From Bacteroidia bacterium (lineage in GTDB: Bacteria; Bacteroidota; Bacteroidia; NS11-12g; UBA9320): a stretch of DNA of 64,000 nt. Below, in pieces: positions 56,356 to 64,000 of this stretch; within the stretch, counting starts at the first letter, position 1, and the number at the start of each line of letters is the position of its first letter. Both the position numbers and the translations under genes were made by a program. The stretch spans positions 1-64,000 of the forward strand of contig CBDCFW010000001.1 of assembly GCA_965216465.1 (NCBI GenBank), in the 5' to 3' direction. A model generated the notes under the pieces. That model was given only the letters and a program-made list of their open reading frames with translations, did not search any database and had not been told where the DNA came from.

Positions 56356-57894
56356 CTAGATATGGTCAACCGCAACCTTATAGGTCGGATCTTCCATAAT
56401 ATTTACATCAATTAGCTTGTCGGCGTTCTTAAGCAATTTTCTACAATCTTGACTTAAGTGACGTAAGTGCACTGTTTTACCCAGTTTTGCATAGCGCTCA
56501 GTAAGTTTATTTACTGCTTCAATTGCACTCATATCTGCAATTTTACTTTCTGCGAAGTCGATAATAACTTCATCAGGGTCGTTTTTAACATCAAACTTGT
56601 CAGCAAATACAGAAGTAGATCCAAAAAACAAAGGCCCAAATATTTCATAGTGCTTCACTCCTTCATCATCGATATATTTTCTGGCACGAATTCGTTTTGC
56701 ACTCTCCCACGCAAACACTAAAGCAGAGATAATTACGCCAATTAATACCGCTAATGCTAGATTGTGCATGAATATGGTTATTAAGATAACTACGAACATC
56801 ACAAAGATGTCGTGCTTCGGCATCTTGTTTAAAGCTCGAACGCTTACCCACTCAAAGGTTCCAATCGAAACCATAATCATTAGTCCTGTTAATGCCGCTA
56901 TAGGCACCTGCTCAATAAGTTTAGAGCCATACATCACAAATACTAATAGCATAATGGAAGCTACAATACCAGAAAGTCTAGCACGAGCACCATTTGATAT
57001 ATTAATCAAACTCTGACCAATCATAGCACAGCCCCCCATTCCAGAGAAAAAGCCTGTTACCAGGTTGGCTGCTCCTTGAGCCACAGCTTCTTTATTTCCA
57101 GAACCTCTTGTTTCTGTAATTTCATCAACCAGATTTAGGGTTAACAAACTTTCAACCAAACCAACTGCCGCAACAATTACAGCGTATGGCAGTATGATCA
57201 TAAAACTTTCCCAATTAATCGGGATTTCAGGAATATGAAATGGTGGGAATCCTCCTTTAATAGATGAAATCGTACCTACTGTAGCCGTGTCAAGGTTTAA
57301 TAGTTTTACAAGACCAAAGATTACTAGAATTGCCGCCAGCGATGAAGGTACAATACGCGTTAGCTTTGGTAAGCCCCAAATGATTAGCATAGTAAGTAAT
57401 ACTAAACCCAGCATGATAAACATCTCTGCTCCGTGTAACCAGGGTGCGGTTCCTTTACCTCCTACTTTGAAATAGTCAAGTTGAGACATAAATATCACAA
57501 TGGCCAAACCATTTACAAAGCCGAACATAACGGGTTGTGGTACGAGACGAATAAACTTACCCAAACGTAAAATGCCAGCTATCATCTGAATAACACCAGC
57601 TAACACAACTGCAGCAAAAATGTATTCAACCCCGTGTGATTTAGCTAAGGCTACAATTACAATGGCAACTGCACCTGTAGCCCCTGATATCATACCGGGT
57701 CTACCTCCAAAAATTGAAGTAATCAAACCAATTGTAAATGCTGCATACAATCCAGTTAAAGGATTTAATCCTGCTAGAAAAGAGAAAGCAACTGCCTCAG
57801 GTACAAGAGCTAACGCCACTGTCAATCCCGACAAGATTTCGGTTGCATAGTTTACAGGTTGTTTAAAATCAAAGAGATTTAAATACTTTTTCAT
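56356..57894 (-). CDS. SulP family anion transporter with STAS domain
   Basis: GLTVALALVPEA, GGRPGMISG, GGCAMIGQS; STAS GPLFFGS. Confidence 0.95.
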   Translation of the reverse strand: MKKYLNLFDFKQPVNYATEILSGLTVALALVPEAVAFSFLAGLNPLTGLYAAFTIGLITSIFGGRPGMISGATGAVAIVIVALAKSHGVEYIFAAVVLAGVIQMIAGILRLGKFIRLVPQPVMFGFVNGLAIVIFMSQLDYFKVGGKGTAPWLHGAEMFIMLGLVLLTMLIIWGLPKLTRIVPSSLAAILVIFGLVKLLNLDTATVGTISSIKGGFPPFHIPEIPINWESFMIILPYAVIVAAVGLVESLLTLNLVDEITETRGSGNKEAVAQGAANLVTGFFSGMGGCAMIGQSLINISNGARARLSGIVASIMLLVFVMYGSKLIEQVPIAALTGLMIMVSIGTFEWVSVRALNKMPKHDIFVMFVVILITIFMHNLALAVLIGVIISALVFAWESAKRIRARKYIDDEGVKHYEIFGPLFFGSTSVFADKFDVKNDPDEVIIDFAESKIADMSAIEAVNKLTERYAKLGKTVHLRHLSQDCRKLLKNADKLIDVNIMEDPTYKVAVDHI

Positions 57895-57973
57895 GTTGGT
57901 TCTTTTTGGCCTTTCCGTTAAAGGGCGGCAAAAGTAGGCTTTCCTACTGCATTTTGGTGCTTCTTTATTTGAA

Positions 57974-59491
57974 TTAGGGTTCTAATGGCTCAACTAGAAT
58001 AACTTCCTCCCTATCTACTTTAACCAGCCCAGGTGTAGCACCTTTAGGCTTTCGTACGAATTTTCGCTCGGTGTAGATAACGGCTGCAATAGATTCATTT
58101 TTGGCCTTTGAATTGAATGCAGCCACCGATGCTGCATATTCGATAACCGAAGCAGGTATTTCTTTCTTTCTTGTATTGACAATAATTACGTGACTCCCAG
58201 ATACGTCTTTGGCATGAAGCCACAAATCATGCTTCGAAGTAAAATTTCTCAAAAGTTCATCGTTATCTCTGGCCCCTTTTCCTATTCTCAGTTCATAATC
58301 CCCAAATGTGATCTTACGATAAGGTAGTCTTTGCCTGTTCTTCTCTGTAGCTTTTTGTGCAATAGACTTTAGCGACTTAAAATCTTCTAGTTGTTCATAG
58401 TTCTCAATCTCCTGCATTTTTAGTGCTTTAGAAGTTTTAAGTTCATTCGCCGATTTGTATGCAAATTCTAGTTGTTTCTTCTCATTTTTGGCTTTGTTGT
58501 AATAGCGTTCGGCATTAGCCTGTGGACTTAATTGCTTATTTAATTTGATTCGAACCTTACCCGTGCCATCAAACTTATCCAATTCAACCGCACTTAAACC
58601 TGCTTGAATTTGATAGAGATTTGCCATTAATAAATCACCCATTTCACGGTAGCTATATGCATTGTTCAAAGCTTCAATTCGCTTAGCATTTGACTTGAGC
58701 TTTCGTTCGATAGCTTGAAGGTCTTTTCTCAGGCTGGCAAGATGTGATTGTTTGGTCTCACTAAACGTTCGCTGTGCGATATACAAGCGCGAATATTGAT
58801 CTAGAGCATCAAGAATATTATCCAGTTGTGTAACCGTATTTTCACATGCTTCATTGGCTAAGGTATACTCCTTATCATTTTTGCATATGAAGAATGCTTT
58901 TTGGTTACTTAGTTTGCTTGATAAGTCCGTTAACAATTGCTGCCTAACCTCGATATTAGCGTTTATAAAACCGTTATCAACCAAATGGTCGTATTCATTA
59001 TCATTCAGAAATGGAAGAGTTTTCTTCAGATCTAATCCCAGATTTAACCTCTCTAAAATAAAAGGAAGCTTGCTTGAAATTGGGATATATTCATCTATGA
59101 TTTTAGCCTTTGCAGGAAAGTTTGAAAGTGCTTTTGAATGCTGATATAAACCTATTTGGCTAAACCTTCCAAACAAGTGAAAAACAAGCAGAAAGTCATT
59201 ACTAAATTCAATAAAAAACTGTCTGTCAAATTCAACTGCTTGCACCCCTCCCACTTGAACTTTTGTGCCTTGTAGCTCTTTGAACTGAGGTAGTCGATTT
59301 TTTTTCTGAAGTTTATTAGGGTCTGGAAATTGAAAATAGGCTTGGCCGTGAAAGAATGTGACCTTTATGGCCCAATTTTCAAACTCTAAAAATAGGTCGT
59401 TCAAGCTTGTCGAAAAGCAGTTAAGTAGTCTAACACCTTCTATTCGTTTACCGATTTCAATAGAAAGTTGTTTAACCGCAAAAGCCCGCAT
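57974..59491 (-). CDS. rqcH: NFACT / RqcH ribosome quality control protein
   Basis: LSPQANAERYY, IGKGARDND, LWLHAKDVSGSHV, VRKPKG. Confidence 0.85.
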   Translation of the reverse strand: MRAFAVKQLSIEIGKRIEGVRLLNCFSTSLNDLFLEFENWAIKVTFFHGQAYFQFPDPNKLQKKNRLPQFKELQGTKVQVGGVQAVEFDRQFFIEFSNDFLLVFHLFGRFSQIGLYQHSKALSNFPAKAKIIDEYIPISSKLPFILERLNLGLDLKKTLPFLNDNEYDHLVDNGFINANIEVRQQLLTDLSSKLSNQKAFFICKNDKEYTLANEACENTVTQLDNILDALDQYSRLYIAQRTFSETKQSHLASLRKDLQAIERKLKSNAKRIEALNNAYSYREMGDLLMANLYQIQAGLSAVELDKFDGTGKVRIKLNKQLSPQANAERYYNKAKNEKKQLEFAYKSANELKTSKALKMQEIENYEQLEDFKSLKSIAQKATEKNRQRLPYRKITFGDYELRIGKGARDNDELLRNFTSKHDLWLHAKDVSGSHVIIVNTRKKEIPASVIEYAASVAAFNSKAKNESIAAVIYTERKFVRKPKGATPGLVKVDREEVILVEPLEP

Positions 59492-59500
59492 GTGTTGAGA

Positions 59501-60280
59501 TTAGTATTCTCCGTAAACGTCGGTTAGGAGCTCACATCCAGATGGTGTAATTAAAATTGTGTGCTCAAATTGAGCTGACAACTTATAATCACGTGTTCTT
59601 GCTGTCCACCCATCTCCTTTGTCAATAATGCACTCCGCTACGCCTTCATTAATCATCGGTTCAATGGTGAAAATCATACCTGGCTTCATTCGTTTACCCG
59701 TATTCTTTTGACCTACGTGGCTTACTTCTGGGTCTTCATGAAACTTTAGTCCTACACCATGACCACAAAACTGCCATACCACACCATATCCCTTACCTTC
59801 TGCATAACGCTGAATTTCGTAGCCTATATTTCCGAAACGGTTACCTGGTCGGCATTGCTCTACCCCTAAACGCAAGCACTCTTTGGTTACATCGATCAGG
59901 TTTTGTGCATTTTCAGAGATTTTGCCTACAGGATACATTTTGCATGTATCACCATAATAGCCATTAAGAATAGTTGTTACGTCGATGTTTAGAATATCAC
60001 CTTCTTTTAGTACCGTTTCATTTGGAACACCGTGGCATATCACTTCGTTTAAGCTTGTACAAACAGCACCACTGAAAGGAATCACCCCATGTCCGCCGTA
60101 TCCCAGCGTTGCAGACTTTGCTCCATGGTCTAAAATGAACTCTAGAGCTTTGTCGTTGATGTATTTAGTTGTATTCCCTGGAACGACAAATTGCTCGAGG
60201 TATTTCAACGTTTTAGCAGCAAGCTGAGAACTCTTGCGAATTCCTTCAATTTGCTTTGCATTTTTAATCTTAATTGCCAT
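59501..60280 (-). CDS. map: methionine aminopeptidase type I
   Basis: NEVICHGVP, NIDVT, GDT, GHGVG, FTIEPMIN, AQFEHT. Confidence 0.97.
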   Translation of the reverse strand: MAIKIKNAKQIEGIRKSSQLAAKTLKYLEQFVVPGNTTKYINDKALEFILDHGAKSATLGYGGHGVIPFSGAVCTSLNEVICHGVPNETVLKEGDILNIDVTTILNGYYGDTCKMYPVGKISENAQNLIDVTKECLRLGVEQCRPGNRFGNIGYEIQRYAEGKGYGVVWQFCGHGVGLKFHEDPEVSHVGQKNTGKRMKPGMIFTIEPMINEGVAECIIDKGDGWTARTRDYKLSAQFEHTILITPSGCELLTDVYGEY

Positions 60281-60366
60281 TCAGGCCGCAAAGATATAAC
60301 TCCCATTGCAATTTAGTTGTGCACTGGCTTCAAGCTCAATAACATTTTTTGTATTTTAGGGCCATT

Positions 60367-60711
60367 ATGGCATACGATAATCATCTTGCAGAACGCATTA
60401 CACGAATATTTGAAGACAAGAAGCTCAACACTGAAGAGAAGAAAATGATGGGGGGATTGTGTTACATGCTCGACGACAAAATGTGTTGCGGGATAGTTAA
60501 AAATGAGCTGATGGCAAGAATTGGGCCCGATAAGTACGAAGAAGCACTACAAATGCCTGGGTGCAACGAAATGAATTTTACAGGCAGACCGATGAAGGGC
60601 TATGTGTTTATTGATGGTGACGCCATAGATACAGAAGATCAACTGGAATATTGGATTGATTTGTGTATAGCTTTTAATCCGTTGGCTAAAAGCAGCAAAA
60701 AGAAGAAATAG
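60367..60711 (+). CDS. TfoX N-terminal domain protein
   Basis: MAYD...EKKMMGG...KMCCG...LMARIG...FTGRPMKGYV. Confidence 0.88.
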   Translation: MAYDNHLAERITRIFEDKKLNTEEKKMMGGLCYMLDDKMCCGIVKNELMARIGPDKYEEALQMPGCNEMNFTGRPMKGYVFIDGDAIDTEDQLEYWIDLCIAFNPLAKSSKKKK

Positions 60712-61464
60712 TTAAATCTCGACCTGATCTTGGATAAATGGCAGCTTGCTTCGAAATAATTCAAGATCATCCTTATTAAGCTCATACTCTACCACATCTT
60801 TTTTGTACGAAAATGCAAGGCGATCGCCATTGGCTGAATATATACTAGAATGGCCTGGATAGAAGAGCTCATTGTATTCACCAATTCGATTGCATCCTAT
60901 CACATACGCCTGATTTTCAATAGCTCTAGCTTTTAAAAGTGTATCCCAATGATCAATGCGTTGGCTTGGCCAATTGGCTGAACAAACGAGCACGTCGTAA
61001 TTCGAATCATTCACTGCCACTCGCGGAAATCGAAGATCGTAACAGATGATTGGTCGAATTTGAAATCCATTTACTTCAAATTGTACGAGCTTGTTTCCAG
61101 GCTTAATACTTTTATCTTCATCTCCCATTTTGAAAAGATGAACCTTATCGTATTGAGCAATCACCTTCCCTCCTTCCACAGCCACAAAGCGGTTCACACA
61201 ATCTCGTTCATCCATACAAAAGAAACTCCCACAAATGGTGGCATTTTTTACGACCGACAACTCTTTTAGATAGGCCATTGTTGGGCCATCCATCTTTTCA
61301 GCCACCCATGACTCGCCAATACAGAACCCGGTTTGGAAGGCTTCTGGCAACACAATGAGGTCTGCTTTCACGCCTCGTAATGCTTCATTAATCTTTGAAA
61401 AATTTGCTGGTTTGTTCTCGTATACAATATCGTATTCAACAACTGCTACACGTAGGGATGACAT
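60712..61464 (-). CDS. nitrilase-family carbon-nitrogen hydrolase (omega-amidase / YafV-like)
   Basis: Catalytic triad motifs LPEAF, YDKVHLF and ICYDLRFP; ARAIENQ. Confidence 0.92.
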   Translation of the reverse strand: MSSLRVAVVEYDIVYENKPANFSKINEALRGVKADLIVLPEAFQTGFCIGESWVAEKMDGPTMAYLKELSVVKNATICGSFFCMDERDCVNRFVAVEGGKVIAQYDKVHLFKMGDEDKSIKPGNKLVQFEVNGFQIRPIICYDLRFPRVAVNDSNYDVLVCSANWPSQRIDHWDTLLKARAIENQAYVIGCNRIGEYNELFYPGHSSIYSANGDRLAFSYKKDVVEYELNKDDLELFRSKLPFIQDQVEI

Positions 61465-61512
61465 GCTGACAAAGTTAGGATATTCATGAGATAGACTTAC
61501 CTTTACCGCTCA

Positions 61513-63414
61513 ATGAAAAAACTATTTATAATCGCTCTATTCTTACCGTTAATGGGACTAGGGCAAAATTCGTTGCTCTATGAAGTAAAAAAGCCCGGCA
61601 CGAACAATGTTAGCTACCTGTTTGGAACTATGCATGTACAAGATGAGCGTGCGTTTCATTTCAATGACAGTGTGGTTTGGGCTATCGATCAATGCGACAA
61701 AGCAGCGTTTGAGCTGGACTTAAGTGTTGAAGCACTTAAAGAATTTGATATGGATGTACTGATGGAAGCAGTTGATACGGGATTCATCCGTAGCCTTGCA
61801 GAGTATATTCAACAAGACTTTATTCCAAAATTGGTAGATCAAGTTCCTGCGGATGATTTAGCACAAAAAATTACTTCCGACATTATTCCAGCTTACATGA
61901 ATTTGGTAATGGAAATGTACAACCGAGATAACCGAACAGACTTTGTAGATGCCTATTTACAAAACTATGCATCGAGTCAAGGCAAAGAGATTATTGGGAT
62001 TGAAACCCTACAAGAACAGCTTATTGCACTTCTAGGAGAAACAAAAAATATAGATTTATCAAAGCGTGATTACAGCAATATTATCATCAAGCAATTGAAC
62101 AAAGACGACTGGAAATTCAATTTCTTGCAGTCGCTTAGCGCCAATGATGAAATGATTGAGATTTACGCCAAACATGATTTAGAAGGTCTGATGAGCTATA
62201 TCGACAAATACAGAAAAGAAGGAGGTGTATTTATTGATAGATTCTACAAGAGACTCTTAGACGATCGAAATGATTTAATGTTCGAACGAACTAAAGACGA
62301 TTTAGCAAACGGCGGCATGTTTATAGCTGTTGGAGCGGGTCACCTTGGCGGTAAAAGCGGTTTAATCAACCAATTTGAAGATGCTGGATACAGTATTCGT
62401 CCTATTAACGTATCAACTCCATTCAGAAGAGAAACAAACTGGACTACCCGTGATTTTGAAGGATATAGCGTAGATCTACCAGAAGGTATTGAGTTGAGTA
62501 GTATTTCAATGAATAGTATTTACATGGGTAGAGTTGAGCAAGAAATGAATGCGAACATCCACTATACTGGATTGGGCAAAGCATCTTTTGACATTTCAGA
62601 AAGACCGAACCATGGTGATGAAGCTGTAGAAGAGGCTTTTGATATGCAGGCGTTTTTAGAGGCCATGGGTGATATGCAAGAATCTCAAACTGAAGAAGCA
62701 GTAGAATACTATGAAGAAATAGACGAAGCTGAAGCCATAGAAGAGGGTGATTATGATGCGGTGCCTGAACAAATAGATATTGAAGAAGATGTGGTGTATG
62801 AAATAGTGGATGACAATATTGAAATTGATGAGATTGAAGAAGTCACTCCTCCCACAGAAGTGTACATTGAAGCTGATTACGACGAGCTCATTGAATACAG
62901 TGATGAATATGCAGTTGAAGAAGCAGTCGAAGAAGCAGCAGGAGACGCTATCGAGTATGCGGGTGAGGATGTTGAAGTTACTGATGATGGCAGCTATTAC
63001 TATGAAGAAAGTCATGATCATGATGAGGATTATTCATATGAGGAAACCTACGATTACGAAGAGTCGGAGCCTAACCCATTCTCACGACAAAGTTTTATGT
63101 CGGCTTTAACTGAAGAGCAAGAGCAGTATTTTGAGACTGTAGGCACAGCGGTTGAAAGTCATTTCAAAGAAAGCATGAGTCAATACATGTCTACCCTAAT
63201 GGCTGACATGATGGGTGGAACTAAAGATACGCTGTATTACAACATCAATGGAGAAGAAACCATGGCAATCTTAACTAAGTCAATGTTAAATCAGTCGCTA
63301 CAAGCTGAAGTTGTTACTGAAGAAACCATTTATACACTAACGGTAAATGGTGATCCAAGCTTACTTAAATCTGATGAGATTGAGCAATTCTTCACTAGTT
63401 TTAAATTGAAATAA
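61513..63414 (+). CDS. TraB/GumN family protein with long acidic insertion
   Basis: SYLFGTMH, GIETLQEQ, LLDDRN, FIAVGAGHL; Glu/Asp/Tyr-rich segment in the C-terminal half. Confidence 0.88.
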   Translation: MKKLFIIALFLPLMGLGQNSLLYEVKKPGTNNVSYLFGTMHVQDERAFHFNDSVVWAIDQCDKAAFELDLSVEALKEFDMDVLMEAVDTGFIRSLAEYIQQDFIPKLVDQVPADDLAQKITSDIIPAYMNLVMEMYNRDNRTDFVDAYLQNYASSQGKEIIGIETLQEQLIALLGETKNIDLSKRDYSNIIIKQLNKDDWKFNFLQSLSANDEMIEIYAKHDLEGLMSYIDKYRKEGGVFIDRFYKRLLDDRNDLMFERTKDDLANGGMFIAVGAGHLGGKSGLINQFEDAGYSIRPINVSTPFRRETNWTTRDFEGYSVDLPEGIELSSISMNSIYMGRVEQEMNANIHYTGLGKASFDISERPNHGDEAVEEAFDMQAFLEAMGDMQESQTEEAVEYYEEIDEAEAIEEGDYDAVPEQIDIEEDVVYEIVDDNIEIDEIEEVTPPTEVYIEADYDELIEYSDEYAVEEAVEEAAGDAIEYAGEDVEVTDDGSYYYEESHDHDEDYSYEETYDYEESEPNPFSRQSFMSALTEEQEQYFETVGTAVESHFKESMSQYMSTLMADMMGGTKDTLYYNINGEETMAILTKSMLNQSLQAEVVTEETIYTLTVNGDPSLLKSDEIEQFFTSFKLK

Positions 63415-63431
63415 AGTTCTAATAGCAAATA

Positions 63432-63466
63432 AAAAAAAGGGTCCTGAAATATCAGGACCCTTTTTT
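63432..63466. terminator. bidirectional terminator
   Basis: aaaaaaaagggtcctga-aata-tcaggaccctttttt. Confidence 0.9.
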
Positions 63467-63478
63467 ATACCTCTAGAT

Positions 63479-64000
63479 TTATCGTAAAACAGTGACCGTT
63501 CCTTTTAATGTAATTGGTCGTTCTGTCTTTTGATCTACATAATGCACTATCCAAACATAAACATCTTGTTGAACAGCTTTTCCTTGATAATATCCATCCC
63601 ATTTGATTTCAGGATCATTTGAAACGAATAATCTCTCTCCCCATCTGTTAAATATCTTGAATTCGTAGTTTCTCATATCACATTCGTGAACAGGAGCAAA
63701 CGATTCATTTAACCCATCGTAGTCTAAACTGAATGCAGAAGGAACAAATACCTCACACGCAGTACATTTTAAGTCTATGATGTTAATCTCATCTCGAGCC
63801 ACACATCCTTTTTCGTCAATGATGTCTACAGTATAGCGGCCAAAGTTCTTTGTAGTCAGGCTTGTGCTGGTGCTACCGTTGTTCCATCTAACCTCGCTTA
63901 CATCAGCAGGAAGATCTAAATCGATATGGGCTACATCTCCAGCACATTTGGTGATATCACCATACGGCTCAATATCTACAGTGCTGATGTTTAACATAGT
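63479..64000 (-). CDS. 3' end of a T9SS type B (gliding-motility-associated, CHU_C) CTD protein; begins beyond the window
   Basis: FVPSAFS..DGLNESF...IFNRWGE...WDG...VYVW...KGTVTVLR*. Confidence 0.9.
   Translation of the reverse strand, partial: TMLNISTVDIEPYGDITKCAGDVAHIDLDLPADVSEVRWNNGSTSTSLTTKNFGRYTVDIIDEKGCVARDEINIIDLKCTACEVFVPSAFSLDYDGLNESFAPVHECDMRNYEFKIFNRWGERLFVSNDPEIKWDGYYQGKAVQQDVYVWIVHYVDQKTERPITLKGTVTVLR

Noticed and set aside
54794-57894. Sulfatase plus SulP as a sulfate-scavenging operon
   Set aside because: The genes are convergent, not co-transcribed, and SulP substrate cannot be inferred from sequence.

Overview
AT-rich chromosomal segment from a member of the Bacteroidota. 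The assignment rests on nine T9SS C-terminal sorting domains, TAnnTTTG -7 promoters and many lipoproteins. About 45 CDS are present. The left ~0.8 kb looks like the edge of a mobile island: a truncated PIN-like gene behind an attC-like hairpin, then a possible duplicated tRNA 3' end with a terminator. A long run of secreted and surface proteins follows (PKD, FG-GAP, ELWxxDGT, LamG, S8 protease, WD40-caspase, propeller-sensor adenylate cyclase). Then come a SusC/D-less carbohydrate block (sugar porter, GH28, GH106-like), alpha-2-macroglobulin plus pbpC, sulfatase/SulP, rqcH, map, TfoX, an amidohydrolase and TraB/GumN. The most striking unexplained element is an ORF-free, ~405-nt stretch at 1643-2050 with its own promoter motif and terminator. 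It folds by eye into about 10 helices with G-U strand bias, complementary palindromic hairpin loops and UGAAAG loops, and is a candidate large structured ncRNA that I cannot assign to a known family. Other points: a Lipocone (Wnt/SAA-like) lipoprotein, a DUF2723/TMEM260-like soluble domain lacking its membrane module, two genes split by single-base losses in A-runs, a lipoprotein apparently starting at ATT, two sigma-54 promoters and many apparently leaderless genes. No rRNA, intact tRNA, CRISPR array, transposase or integrase was seen. All calls are by eye; no searches were run.
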